A stretch of 64,000 nt of DNA from Candidatus Bathyarchaeota archaeon (GCA_963775685.1 CAVZJV010000014.1:64001-128000); one strand, 5' to 3'. Numbered from the stretch's first letter, positions 40,817-51,828 are shown. The notes: generated by a model not told the origin, from the letters alone. Made by a program: numbers and translations.

Positions 40817-41887
40817 TTAACGATTTTTTGATTTCTCATAAGCGCTCGCAATAGCTTCACTTGTCAAAACACCAACTATCCTCTTTGGTTTTTCCTTTTC
40901 AACCACTGGGATAAGGTCAATTTTTTCACGCGCCATAATTTTGTTTGCTTCAAGAATCGACTCATCCTCGAAGACTGATATGTTCTTTAATGGCATTTGC
41001 TCAACTGTGTGAGTGCTACGCTCATCTTGTTTAATCTTCATTAATTCATTCCAGGTAATAACGCCTTGGAAAACGCCGTCTTTTTCCACTAAAGCATCGT
41101 GGTAGCGGTTTTTGAACATCACTTCCCACGCTTCGGCGAGACTTTGCTGAGGATTTACCGCGCCGACTTCTGACTGCATAACATCCTTAACCCTGACTCC
41201 CGCAAGAGCTGTTGAGATTATGGTTTGTTCTGCTTCCTCACTTGCGCCTATGTAAACAAAAATCCCCACTAAGATGAGTAAGAAGTAACTAGGAAAAACA
41301 AAGCCCACGACAACCATGACAATGCCAAATATCCTGCCTAGATAAACCGCGTATCTGGTTGCGTCGGAATACTTAAGGCGTTCAGCCAGTAAAGCCCTAA
41401 AAACCCTGCCGCCGTCCATGGGGAAAGCAGGAATCAGGTTAAAGGCACCAAGGAGAACATTAAGGACGGCAAGGTCCGTAAGGAAGTTTCCTGTGGTGGT
41501 CGTGAAGGAGGATATGTTAAATTGTTGAGGCGATATTATCAAGCTAACTCCAAGAAGGGCAATGCCCAAAACCAAGCTTGTAAGCGGTCCTGCAACAGCC
41601 ATCCGCCATTCTTGTGCTGGATTGTCGGGGATTTCTTCTATTTCGGAAACTCCGCCGATAGGGTAGAGTATTATCTTTCTAACTTTAATTCCATAGTGTC
41701 TTGCTACAATGGAGTGGGCAAGCTCATGGAAAACCACAAAGACGAATAAGAAAAGCACAATAAAGAACGTGTAAAACTGTTGCGCAGGAAGCGACAACAC
41801 AAAAACTGCAGCGATTAAAAGAATGAAGGTTATGTGCAATTCTATGGGAATGCCCCATGCGGAGCCTATCTTAAAAGAATATTTCAT
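40817..41887 (-). CDS. Site-2 protease (M50B) with CBS pair
   Basis: HELAH, AGP, FNLIPAFPMDGGR and two C-terminal CBS domains. Confidence 0.95.
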   Translation of the reverse strand: MKYSFKIGSAWGIPIELHITFILLIAAVFVLSLPAQQFYTFFIVLFLFVFVVFHELAHSIVARHYGIKVRKIILYPIGGVSEIEEIPDNPAQEWRMAVAGPLTSLVLGIALLGVSLIISPQQFNISSFTTTTGNFLTDLAVLNVLLGAFNLIPAFPMDGGRVFRALLAERLKYSDATRYAVYLGRIFGIVMVVVGFVFPSYFLLILVGIFVYIGASEEAEQTIISTALAGVRVKDVMQSEVGAVNPQQSLAEAWEVMFKNRYHDALVEKDGVFQGVITWNELMKIKQDERSTHTVEQMPLKNISVFEDESILEANKIMAREKIDLIPVVEKEKPKRIVGVLTSEAIASAYEKSKNR

Positions 41888-42031
41888 GAAATAAACATGG
41901 GTATGGTTGACTTTTTAAAGTTTCGAAAGCAATTTGCTTGAGCTACCTTCTCTTAGTTTAAAAAGAGACAGGATGCAAATTCCAAAAATTATAATAATCA
42001 TTTATGTCAAGGATGCTGGAGAGGGACTTGC

Positions 42032-42571
42032 TTGAAAAGAACAAAAACGGACAAGGAGACAAGAGAAGGAATATGCAAAAGAAAAAGTTTAGGTTTAATC
42101 GTTGCAATAATTGTTGTGTGCGTTCGGTGCATTGCTTTTCTGGTTAGTTCCTCGTTAACTCCAGCTCAACAACCGACCGACCCACTGGATTTTGTTGTGA
42201 GCGGAACAAGTGACTGCCTAAGGTTCCTAAACAGCTCTGTCTCGACGATTTATGTGCCCTTCACAGTAGGTGCTAACGAGAATTGGCAATTAACCATTAA
42301 CTGCACCAAAATGCCCGGTGGCGCCAACGGCTACACAGACGTCTACGTTTACAAGGGCTACTGGAACGGCGGAACCAACTACACATGCGTATCTAGCGAT
42401 CTATACCCAATTTTAAGCGACATACAAAGCACCGACCACCAAATACGCCTTGGCAATCCATTTACAGAAACCTACGGGGGGTCAACCCAGCAAAGCTACA
42501 CTGTGTTCTGCGTGGTTCCACCAGGCGGACAAGAAGCAACCTTCCGTGTGACACTCAAACAAGTGCAATAG
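42032..42571 (+). CDS. Membrane-anchored secreted hypothetical protein
   Basis: N-terminal TM and a beta-rich extracellular domain. Confidence 0.65.
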   Translation: MKRTKTDKETREGICKRKSLGLIVAIIVVCVRCIAFLVSSSLTPAQQPTDPLDFVVSGTSDCLRFLNSSVSTIYVPFTVGANENWQLTINCTKMPGGANGYTDVYVYKGYWNGGTNYTCVSSDLYPILSDIQSTDHQIRLGNPFTETYGGSTQQSYTVFCVVPPGGQEATFRVTLKQVQ

Positions 42572-42845
42572 AGAGTGTTTCTTTTTCTTAATTTTTTTTA
42601 GTGCTTGTCACTATCAAGAATAATTTGTTCTCAAAATGATATAATTATAGCTAAGTATGGCAAGGGAAGTGGGTGCGATTGATTGTGTTAACAATTTGTT
42701 TATGCGTTTTTTGTTTATGCAATCAAGCTTAAGATTATCAATTTCTGTCGATTTTTTTTTAATTAATAAACTTTTGATTGCAATAAACGAAGTGTTGTCT
42801 ATCGATTTTACAAAATTGTTATATAATTGCTCTTAGATAGGTTAT

Positions 42846-43220
42846 TTGAGGTTTGTCGGCTTGTCTGAATTTGTTTGGAATAAGCCTGTCTTAAGTTTGT
42901 ACAGGGAAAATAATGAGCAGCCTGAAAGCGAAGCCTTCGCCGTTATAAAAGTAAAAAAACTTTCGATTTATAAATCGGAAAACGGCGAATTCAGTGGTAA
43001 CATAGCTGATTTTTTTTGTTTAATGGGGGATGTCGACCAGGTTGGAAGTTCAGGTAAGTATGTTGTTTGCTGGTTTGACGATTCAGTCGAGGACTTCTAT
43101 GCGGGGTTTAGAAGGTTATCAGGCGTTACTTTTCCATCTGGAGTGAGCTTCACTGTCGATAGGCGAGATAAAAGAACATACAACACCGTTTTTGAAGCTA
43201 AACACGCCAAACTAAAATAG
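42846..43220 (+). CDS. Hypothetical protein
   Basis: 124-aa ORF, likely starting at TTG near 42861 after GAGGT. Confidence 0.65.
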   Translation: MRFVGLSEFVWNKPVLSLYRENNEQPESEAFAVIKVKKLSIYKSENGEFSGNIADFFCLMGDVDQVGSSGKYVVCWFDDSVEDFYAGFRRLSGVTFPSGVSFTVDRRDKRTYNTVFEAKHAKLK

Positions 43221-43374
43221 TTGAATTATGCGGCTAACGTGGTTTTCAGCCAAAACGGACATTTAAAACGCTTATTTTTTTGCTTTAAGCAACGCCTTTA
43301 ACCTTGAATTTTATGTATTTCTTAAAATCACTCTTAAATATAACTCCATAAACTACATTGGTAAGGTCAGAATC

Positions 43375-43776
43375 ATGGTAGAGCAAAAGTTAAACGTAAC
43401 TTTGCTTACAGGTCGCACGATTGACCAAGGCGTCGGCAAAGAGAAAGGTAAAGCTTCGAAAGAGTATTTTGATGCTTGTTCAATGTGCTACATGGATGCA
43501 GACGACATGAAAAAACTCGGCATCAAAAATAACACTAACATTCTAGTAACAACCCCTGACGGCGCTGTTGTGCTCAAAGCCGTAAAGTATCCACGTTCTG
43601 CAACTCCTGGCTTAATTTATGTTCCCTATGGCCCGTGGGCAAACGCGGTTTGCAGCAACAAAACTACCAGCATCGGAATGCCCTCATTTAAGGGAACTCC
43701 TGCAGATGTGCAACCAGCTCCAGACAAACAAGTCCTAACCTTGGAAGAACTTTTAAAAAGTGAGTTTGGAAGGTAA
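43375..43776 (+). CDS. fwdD: Formylmethanofuran dehydrogenase subunit D
   Basis: LLTGRTIDQG, PYGPWAN, GMPSFKG. Confidence 0.93.
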   Translation: MVEQKLNVTLLTGRTIDQGVGKEKGKASKEYFDACSMCYMDADDMKKLGIKNNTNILVTTPDGAVVLKAVKYPRSATPGLIYVPYGPWANAVCSNKTTSIGMPSFKGTPADVQPAPDKQVLTLEELLKSEFGR

Positions 43777-43780
43777 AAAA

Positions 43781-45253
43781 ATGACTGTAATAAACTCCGT
43801 AACTTGTCCAATCTGCGGTTGCTTATGCGACGACATTGAAGTGACAATTGAAAACAACGAAGTAGTCAAAGTCAAAAATGGTTGTGCCATCTGCGAATCC
43901 AAATTCATCGGTTACCGCGGAGAACACCGAATCAAAACACCACTGATGAGAAAAGAGGGCAAATTAGTTCCGGTCTCCATGAACGAAGCCGTACATGCTG
44001 CAGCAGAAGTTCTTGCAAACGCGACTTACCCTATACTTTACGGCTGGAGCTCAACCAGTTCTGAAGCTCAACGTGTCGGCGTAGAATTAACTGAAGAAAT
44101 CGGTGGTATAATGGATAATACAGCAGTTGTATGCCACGGGCCCTCCATTTTAGGCGTCCAAGAAGTGGGTATTCCAACATGCACTTTAGGGCAGGTTCGT
44201 CACCGTGCAGATTTGATTATCTACTGGGGAAGCGACCCGTGGAGCGCACACCCAAGGCACCTTGAAAGATATACAAGCTTCACCGAAGGCCGCTTTGAGA
44301 AAAGCGAGTGGAAAGCATACATGCAGAAACTCAAATCTCAAGCTGGACAAAAAAAGATGCAGAGCGCCATGAGAATTGAAACTGCAAGTACCCAAATAAG
44401 ACCGCAAACGTGCCCTGTTCCTGGTATGCCTCAAACCATGAATAAAGAAGGAAGAAAACTTATAGTTGTTGACGTTAGAAAAACTATGTCTGCGGAAATG
44501 GCTGATTACTTCATCCAAGTTGAACCAAACAAAGACTACGAGCTGATGCAGGCTCTCCGCGTTTTAGTCACGGATGGCGAGCTCGATGTCGACCAAGTTG
44601 CAGGTGTTCCAGTAGAGTACCTCAAACAAGTCGCCGACGCCCTCGTCAACTGTGAGTTCGGCGTTATTTTTTTCGGTATGGGATTAACTCAAACGGCAGG
44701 AAAATTCCGTAACATCGAAATCGCAATCTCACTTGTCCGTGACTTAAACGCAAGAACAAAATTCTTAATCATGCCTATGAGAGGGCACTTCAACGTAACA
44801 GGTGCAGACGTGGTCTCTGCTTGGCAAACCGGCTACCCGTATGGTGTTGACTTCTCACTTGGTTACCCCCGTTACAATCCGGGAGAAACAACATGCACAG
44901 ACGTGCTTTTGCGTGAAGAAAACGATGCGTCACTAGTTATTGCATCTGATCCAGGCTCTAACTTCCCTAAAAAAGCCGTCGAAAACATGGTTAAGCACCC
45001 TTTAATCGTGATTGACCCACATATGAATGCTACCGCAATGCTGGGCGACATAGTCTTTCCGTCTGCATTCGTCGGCATAGAAGTTGAGGGAACTGCATAC
45101 CGCATGGATCATGTTCCGTTGCCGCTAAAGAAAGTTGTTGAACCGCCAAAAGGAATACTTTCAGACGAAGAAATCCTGACAAGAATCCTAAAAGAAGTTA
45201 AGGAAATTAAAGCTAAAAAAAACATTAAAACCGCAAAGAAAGCGGAGGCTTAA
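43781..45253 (+). CDS. fwdB: Formylmethanofuran dehydrogenase subunit B (Cys form)
   Basis: CPICGCLCDD, VVCHGP, HPRH, PMRGHFNV, GTAYRMD. Confidence 0.95.
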   Translation: MTVINSVTCPICGCLCDDIEVTIENNEVVKVKNGCAICESKFIGYRGEHRIKTPLMRKEGKLVPVSMNEAVHAAAEVLANATYPILYGWSSTSSEAQRVGVELTEEIGGIMDNTAVVCHGPSILGVQEVGIPTCTLGQVRHRADLIIYWGSDPWSAHPRHLERYTSFTEGRFEKSEWKAYMQKLKSQAGQKKMQSAMRIETASTQIRPQTCPVPGMPQTMNKEGRKLIVVDVRKTMSAEMADYFIQVEPNKDYELMQALRVLVTDGELDVDQVAGVPVEYLKQVADALVNCEFGVIFFGMGLTQTAGKFRNIEIAISLVRDLNARTKFLIMPMRGHFNVTGADVVSAWQTGYPYGVDFSLGYPRYNPGETTCTDVLLREENDASLVIASDPGSNFPKKAVENMVKHPLIVIDPHMNATAMLGDIVFPSAFVGIEVEGTAYRMDHVPLPLKKVVEPPKGILSDEEILTRILKEVKEIKAKKNIKTAKKAEA

Positions 45254-45255
45254 AA

Positions 45256-46948
45256 ATGACTGAACTAATCATAAAGAACGGCTTCGTCTTTGACCCTATA
45301 AACAAGGTTAACGGCGAAAAGATGGATATAGCCATAAAAAACGGGAAAATTGTTGAAAAAGTCACACGCAAAGCCCATGTAATCGATGCAGCAGGGTTAA
45401 CGGTTATGCCTGGGGGGGTTGACATTCACACTCACATTGCTGGCGGAGAAGTAAACACTGGCAGAATGGTTCGACCTGAAGACCATATTAAAGATGTCGT
45501 CAGCAAAACAGCTACAACACGCTCGGGCACAGGCTACTCGATTCCATCCACATTCGTTACTGGTTATCGCTATTCAAAGATGGGTTACACCACCGTTATG
45601 AATCCATCTATGGCACCTCTGGAAGCAAAACACACTCACGAAGAATTAAACGATATACCCCTACTTAGACAAAGCCTCATACCCGTTGCTTGGTGACTGG
45701 TGGTTTGTACTGGAAAATCTTGCTAAGGGCAACATCGAAGAATGTGCAAGACACGTCGCATGGATGCTAGATATCACTAAAGGCTACGCCATAAAAATCG
45801 TTAACCCCGGCGGCTTAGAATCATGGGGATTTGGAAACAACGTTCACAGCATCGACGACCAAGTACCCAACTTCTGCATTACCCCCCGAGAAATCATGGT
45901 TGGACTTGCAAAAGCTAACGCTATGCTTAATCTACCCCATTCGATCCATCTTCACACCAATAATCTGGGACTGCCCGGTAACTACACCACAACTTTGGAC
46001 TCAATGAAAGCACTAGAAAGCGTGCCTTACAATGGTAAACCGGTCGCACACATAACCCACTTGCAGTTTGCCAGCTTCGGCGGCGACGGCTGGGGCAACA
46101 TGAAGTCAGCGGCAGAAGAAGTTTCAAGCTACATCAATGCTCACAGCCATATGACTTTCGACATGGGACAAGTTATATTCACTGACACTACAACCATGAC
46201 AGCCGATGGACCCTTCGAGTTTACTCTCTACCAACTCAGCGGACACAAATGGGTAAACAGCGACGTAGAAACTGAGACAAGCGGTGGAATCATCCCATTC
46301 CATTACAAGAAGAACAACGCAGTAAACGCAAAACAATGGTCAATCGGCTTAGAATTAGCATTACTCATCAAGGACCCATGGAAAATGTTCCTATCAACCG
46401 ATCACCCCAACGGAGGACCATTCATCGCTTACCCAAGAGTTCTCGCTTGGCTATACAGCAAGAAAGCACGCGAAGCAACACTAAAACACTGCCACAGGAA
46501 AGCTCAAAAAGCAAGCCTGCTGCCCTCAATCGACAGGGAAATGTCGCTCTACGAGTTAGCAATAATGACTCGCGCTGGACAAGCCAAAGCCTTAGGTCTT
46601 CCCAACAAAGGTCACCTTGGCGTAGGTGCGGATGCAGATGTTGCAATTTATGCAATTAACCCTGAAACAACCGACATAGCCAGCAAATATAAGACAGCGC
46701 GCAGAGCTTTCAAGCACGCAGCTTACACGATTAAAGACGGTAAAATCGTCGTTAAAGACGGGGAAGTAGTCGGACAAGCAGACGGCAGAACAATGTGGCT
46801 CGACGTTCAAACAAAGGAACCCTGCAAGATTGACGATGCCATGAAAGGCAAATTCAAGCAATATTGGACTGTTGATTACGAAAACTATCCCGTATCTGAC
46901 CATTACGTAAAAGTCAAAGACCCAATAACCGTAAAGGCGAGCGTCTAA
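45256..46948 (+). CDS. fwdA: Formylmethanofuran dehydrogenase subunit A (single +1 indel near 45666)
   Basis: DIHTH, KIVNPGG, HLHTNNLG, STDHPNGGPF. Removing one base gives DIPLLDKASYPLLGDWW. Confidence 0.92.
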
Positions 46949-46949
46949 A

Positions 46950-47762
46950 ATGATAGTCCTCACGCCACTTAAAAAATTCACTTTCCCAGTCAACGCAGAA
47001 ATCATAAACCCCGATGTATTCGAAGGCAAAGACACTGCTGAAATAGCCGACCTAACAGTCTTCGAAGGCAACAAACAAAGAAAACTGCGAGAACTTTTCA
47101 AAATCGAAGAGGACAATGCGGAAGGAACTATAACAATAAATGGCGATGTCAGCGAAGTTCGAAAGATTGGTGTAGGCATGAAAAAAGGCGAAATCATCAT
47201 CAACGGCAACGTCGGTATGCACTTGGGCGAGAAGATGGCGGGCGGAAAAATCACAGTCAATGGAGACGCATGTCAATGGGCAGGCGCTTCTATGAAGAAA
47301 GGCCTTATCGAAATCCATGGAAACGCAGGCGACTATTTAGCTTCACCATACCGAGGAAGCACCGAAGGTATGAAGGGCGGCAAAATAGTGGTCGATGGCG
47401 ATGTTGGAAGTGATTCAGGTGCTTACCTCCATGGCGGTTTAATCAAAATAAAAGGAAGCAACGTTGGGCAATTCTTGGGTTTCCACATGAGTAATGGAAC
47501 AATTTATGTTGAAAAAAACGCTCGCTCAAGATTAGGCGCCAACATGACGGGAGGAAAAATCATTGTTTCAGGTGTTTTGGAGGAAATGATGCCCAGCTTT
47601 ACAATCGACAATATAAAACCAAAAGTTAAAGTAGACGACACTGAATCCGCAACAGGGCCATTCTATGTGTTTCTCGGCGATTTAGCAGAGAAAGGCACAG
47701 GCAAAATCTTCGTCTCAAAAGCCAACAATCCGCTTCTAAAATTATACGAAAAATACCTGTAA
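46950..47762 (+). CDS. fwdC: Formylmethanofuran dehydrogenase subunit C
   Basis: G..MxGGxIxVxG beta-helix repeats, in operon position. Confidence 0.95.
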   Translation: MIVLTPLKKFTFPVNAEIINPDVFEGKDTAEIADLTVFEGNKQRKLRELFKIEEDNAEGTITINGDVSEVRKIGVGMKKGEIIINGNVGMHLGEKMAGGKITVNGDACQWAGASMKKGLIEIHGNAGDYLASPYRGSTEGMKGGKIVVDGDVGSDSGAYLHGGLIKIKGSNVGQFLGFHMSNGTIYVEKNARSRLGANMTGGKIIVSGVLEEMMPSFTIDNIKPKVKVDDTESATGPFYVFLGDLAEKGTGKIFVSKANNPLLKLYEKYL

Positions 47763-47843
47763 ACCGTAGCTAACCCAGTTTTGGAGGTTAGATAAACCAA
47801 TATTCTTATCCGTATTTAACTACCTATTTAGTGAGGTGCTACG

Positions 47844-48632
47844 ATGGTTCGACAAGTTGAAATAGAAAAAATAGACCTCTTCACAGGCAAAATTAGCAAA
47901 ATAACCGACTGCGTAGCCGAGGAAACCTCTCTTCAGCTTTTTGTAAACACTACTTTTTGGGCAACCATCCTTTGTACACCAACGAACCTCAAGGAACTGG
48001 CAATCGGGCACCTACTTTCAGAAGGCATAGTTAAGTCAACTAAAGAAATTGAAGAAGTAATTCTCAAAGAAAAGGAGAACACCTGCTTCGTCAAACTCAA
48101 CCCGAGCATAAAAGTTGAGGACAGAATTCAAATCTCAAGGCTACATACGCGAGTTATCACTTCAGCCTGTGGCAGCGGTTCACCGTACCAATACAAAGGT
48201 AAAGTTCCCAAAGTTGAATCAGCCCTCACAGTTAAAGCCCAAGTAATTTTCGACAGCGTAAACCAACTAAACTTTAAAGCTGAAGGCTTTAGGCAAACAG
48301 GAGGGCTCCATGTTGCCGCAATCTACAAAAATGATGGCTCGCTGGTTGCGTTAGCAGAGGATGTAGGTAGGCATAACGCTGTTGACAAGGTAATTGGGAT
48401 GGCTGCTTTGGACAAAGTAGATTTTAGCGGGTGCTTTGTGGCTTTGAGCGGCCGCATATCGGGTGATGTAGCTTTTAAGTCAGCTAAGGTTGGTTTACCA
48501 ATAGTTGCTTCTTTGTCAGCGGCGCTTTCTTCTGGAATTGCCACTGCTGAAGAATCTAATGTTACTATAGCTGGGTTTGTGAGGGGAAAACGCCTAAACG
48601 TATACACTGTACCAGAAAGAATAATTATTTAA
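47844..48632 (+). CDS. fdhD: Formate dehydrogenase accessory sulfurtransferase
   Basis: GHLLSEG, SACG, TGGLH, EDVGRHNAVDKVIG, SGR. Confidence 0.95.
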   Translation: MVRQVEIEKIDLFTGKISKITDCVAEETSLQLFVNTTFWATILCTPTNLKELAIGHLLSEGIVKSTKEIEEVILKEKENTCFVKLNPSIKVEDRIQISRLHTRVITSACGSGSPYQYKGKVPKVESALTVKAQVIFDSVNQLNFKAEGFRQTGGLHVAAIYKNDGSLVALAEDVGRHNAVDKVIGMAALDKVDFSGCFVALSGRISGDVAFKSAKVGLPIVASLSAALSSGIATAEESNVTIAGFVRGKRLNVYTVPERIII

Positions 48633-49701
48633 CCGCTTGATTTTCGATCTGCAATTCGCTCCATGTCTTGTCGGCTTTTGCTCTCTCACCTAATAGAAAA
48701 CAACGGTTATACAAGTAAACTTCAGCTTCCGACCCATAGTTTTGAGCAGCTTTTAAAAAAGCAGTTTCAATATCACTTGTCAATTTCAGGTTGCCGTTTT
48801 GGCCAAGTAAACTTAATAGGTTTTTTGCTTTAAATTCCCAAGCAAGAGCAGCCCAAAAAAACAAATCTTTATTCTCCAACTCAATGGCAGAATCCGAAAG
48901 AATTTCTGAAGTATCCGAAAAATCGTCGCGATTACTCTTCAAGGACGCCTCAGCAATGCATTGTATTTCTTTATGGGGCAATACCCCTAAGTTCAATCGT
49001 AAATTCTCGGCAAATGACCCTTGCCCTTGTCGAGGCTCAAGCTTGGTTAAGTCTTCTGGGCAATTAATGTTAATAAAACTTCTAAATTCAGGGTCTAGCC
49101 TTCTTATTTTTCCAAGAGGCGAAACAAACAAGGCTTTTTGGGCGCCTCTAATGATGTCGTCTGGGTGAGCACGCCCCAGTTGAGACAACACGTCTGCGAT
49201 TACCAGAGTCTTCTTGTGATCTAAAATCATGAGGAGCGTTTCAAGTCTTCCGTTTGGCCACATTGGAACCGCTACATAGGAACCGTCAATTTCCTCAAAT
49301 AGGTACTCGGCAACTTTTCTCTTAAGCATAGGCACGTCTACTGGGACAGTTATGCAGTAATCTGCATTGGTGAATTTTAGTCCGGTTAAAATAGCTACTA
49401 AAGGTCCGCTTAGGTTCTTGACTTTTAAATCGATCACTATCTTTACGTTTTTTAACCCAAACTTTTCTAAAACGCTGCGGTACTGGCTTATTCTTGATTC
49501 GTTTTCATCTACAACGACAACTATTTCCTCTACTGCATCCTGGATGTTCTCAATAGCGTGCACCATAAGAGGTTTTCCATCAAGCAGAGCGAGAGCCTTA
49601 TCATGCCACTTGTCCGCAATAGTTTGGAATCTTTTGGCTTTTCCTCCAGCAAGGATAATTGCCGCCCGCTTGGTCATTGAATATCCCGTTAGTAAATACA
49701 A
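48625..49701 (-). CDS. mobA: Molybdenum cofactor guanylyltransferase with C-terminal helical extension
   Basis: ILAGGKAKRF, DKAL, GPL, VDVP, FININCPEDL. Confidence 0.85.
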   Translation of the reverse strand: MYLLTGYSMTKRAAIILAGGKAKRFQTIADKWHDKALALLDGKPLMVHAIENIQDAVEEIVVVVDENESRISQYRSVLEKFGLKNVKIVIDLKVKNLSGPLVAILTGLKFTNADYCITVPVDVPMLKRKVAEYLFEEIDGSYVAVPMWPNGRLETLLMILDHKKTLVIADVLSQLGRAHPDDIIRGAQKALFVSPLGKIRRLDPEFRSFININCPEDLTKLEPRQGQGSFAENLRLNLGVLPHKEIQCIAEASLKSNRDDFSDTSEILSDSAIELENKDLFFWAALAWEFKAKNLLSLLGQNGNLKLTSDIETAFLKAAQNYGSEAEVYLYNRCFLLGERAKADKTWSELQIENQAVK

Positions 49702-49726
49702 AGAGCAGTTTATCTAATTTTTTCTT

Positions 49727-50275
49727 CTAAATGTGGTTTTTTAGTGGCTCTAGGTGGCTTTTGATGGTTTCCAGAAGCTTTTCTCCTTCGTCAGGTAAGT
49801 TGAAGTAAGGTATTTTGGAGTCTGTAGGCTTGTATTTACCAATCAACCCCGCAATCGCCAGAATTGGTGGAACTGATTCGTTTAATGTTTTTTCTAAGCC
49901 TATAGCATCCTTGGCTGTTATGATTTTTAGGATTTCTGGTCTTTTTGATATAAAGTCATGGAATCCCTCGATGAAAATAATATCTATCTTTTCTGTCTCC
50001 AAATATTTGGTAATTTTGTCTAAGTCTCTGAGAGCATGGTTGGTTTTTTCTATTATCGCTATTTCTTCGGGCGAAATTGCTACCGTTATTTTGGAGCCAG
50101 CTTTGCTGAATCTGTAGGTGTTGGTGCCTTCTTTGTCGATGGTAAAGCCTTCCCGATGGATGTGTTTGATTGCGCCGACTCGGTAGCCTTCTGTACTGAG
50201 ATTAGAGATTAGGTACTCAAGGGTGGTTGTTTTTCCTGAGCCACTTACCCCTATACAAGCGATTAATACAACCAA
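49727..50275 (-). CDS. mobB: Molybdopterin-guanine dinucleotide biosynthesis protein B
   Basis: GVSGSGKTT, IKHIH, DKEGTNT, IEGF. Confidence 0.92.
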   Translation of the reverse strand: MVVLIACIGVSGSGKTTTLEYLISNLSTEGYRVGAIKHIHREGFTIDKEGTNTYRFSKAGSKITVAISPEEIAIIEKTNHALRDLDKITKYLETEKIDIIFIEGFHDFISKRPEILKIITAKDAIGLEKTLNESVPPILAIAGLIGKYKPTDSKIPYFNLPDEGEKLLETIKSHLEPLKNHI

Positions 50276-50335
50276 TTGGCAGTTACCTCTTCTGAAAAAC
50301 TGTGGGCGGCTTTAATAAACTACCCGATATAGCAC

Positions 50336-50662
50336 TTAGGTTTCCTCTTCAAGTTTCACCCAGATTTTACCTGACTTAACCTTCCAGTCATACTTAGTTA
50401 ATTTAAAGAAAGCTTCGTTCTCATACTCGCCCGTTTCCAAGTTGAATCGCCAGTCATGGCAGGGACAAACAATTATCAAACCATCAAGCGTTCCGCCCGA
50501 GAAACCACATGCCATGTGTGGGCAACGGTTATTGATAGCAAAAATTTGACCTTGTTTTTTTATGAGTAAAACAGGTGTGCCGTTGACCGAGAATAGCTTC
50601 ATTTTGCCTTCCTGCAACTCTTTTTCATCCATTACGGTTACAAAACCATCGAGATTTTCCAT
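50336..50662 (-). CDS. Rieske [2Fe-2S] ferredoxin
   Basis: CPH...CPCH.WRF. Confidence 0.92.
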   Translation of the reverse strand: MENLDGFVTVMDEKELQEGKMKLFSVNGTPVLLIKKQGQIFAINNRCPHMACGFSGGTLDGLIIVCPCHDWRFNLETGEYENEAFFKLTKYDWKVKSGKIWVKLEEET

Positions 50663-50897
50663 TTTGTTGCCTCTGATAAATTACTATTTAGTTCTTAAGA
50701 AAAGACTAACATTTAGAACTTGCCCAACAATTTTTGCGGTCCTAACGGGGTAGGTCATTAAGGTAGAAAAAAGTAACTATTAAACTCTGTTGGTTGAGTC
50801 TATTTACATGGAGTGCCGTCTGGAATTACAGGCCGTGAGGCTCCAACGTTGCACAAATTCGTCTTTATTAAAGAGGTTAATAAATTGCCAAAAGCCA

Positions 50898-51698
50898 CTA
50901 AGCGTAAGGTAATATTTGAATTTGGTAGAGGTTTGACCAATCTTTTCCTGTAACAAAAAGCCGTCCTGTGTCAGAATCGTAAGCTATTCCATTTAAAACG
51001 TCGTCTGTTATGTTTGATTGGTAGATTCCTGCAAGGTCGACCCAGCCTTTCACCACTCCAGTTTGCGGATTTATAATGGCAATTTTTTGTGTTAGCCAGA
51101 TATTTGCGTAAACGTCTCCATTGACATATTCCAGTTCATTGATGTTTGTTATGGAGGTGTTTCCGTCATGTACACTTACTTGTCCAGTTTTTTGGAAAGT
51201 GCCAGGATTAAGGAAATAGAGGTTTGAGGAGCCATCGCTCATGATCAGTTCGTTTCCATTGTAGGTCAAGCCCCAACCCTCTGGGGAATAACTAAAGTTG
51301 CCCAGCAACGCAAAGGTTTCTTTGTCATAGACAAAACCGATTTGGCTTAACCACGTTAACTGGATGAGCGAATCGTCAATAACTGCTATGCCTTCACCGA
51401 AATATTGGTCAGGCAATATCGACTCCCGTTGAACATTTCCGGTTTCAAGGTCCACACACCGCAGAGACGAATTACCCAGCTTTCCTGTGCTCTCATACAA
51501 AGCACCGTTGTTGAAGACTAAGCCTTCGGTGAATGCTTCTTGGTCATGGGGGTAAGTTTTGATAATGTGGTAAGTGTAGAGTACAGGTGAACCAGAACTA
51601 GCAGGGGGCTGTCCTGAACTCCAAAAAACCAGCGAGACCACACCTCCAGCAATGAACACGGCAAGAACCAAAACAGCCGCAAAGATAACCCATCTCAT
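50898..51698 (-). CDS. Glutaminyl-peptide cyclotransferase (type I), membrane-anchored
   Basis: FTEGL, ESTG, FGEG, EGWGL, NELE, VLNGIAY, TGKDW. Likely ATG at 51698. Confidence 0.92.
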   Translation of the reverse strand: MRWVIFAAVLVLAVFIAGGVVSLVFWSSGQPPASSGSPVLYTYHIIKTYPHDQEAFTEGLVFNNGALYESTGKLGNSSLRCVDLETGNVQRESILPDQYFGEGIAVIDDSLIQLTWLSQIGFVYDKETFALLGNFSYSPEGWGLTYNGNELIMSDGSSNLYFLNPGTFQKTGQVSVHDGNTSITNINELEYVNGDVYANIWLTQKIAIINPQTGVVKGWVDLAGIYQSNITDDVLNGIAYDSDTGRLFVTGKDWSNLYQIQILPYA

Positions 51699-51828
51699 AA
51701 AAAAACAAAACAACTGCAACATTAATATGTTCAACGCATAAACTACCAGAAAACCAAGCAAAGCGAAACCCTTAAGTGCTGAGAAAGCTAAGTTGTGTCT
51801 CAGATTACAAAATAGGTGTTGAAATCAA

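Noticed and set aside
45640-45700. Programmed frameshift or natural split of fwdA
   Set aside because: There is no slippery sequence, and one extra base explains it, as in many other genes here.
50898-51698. Glutaminyl cyclase as part of the peptide system
   Set aside because: It is over 30 kb away, and the SSGWV cores contain no Gln or Glu.
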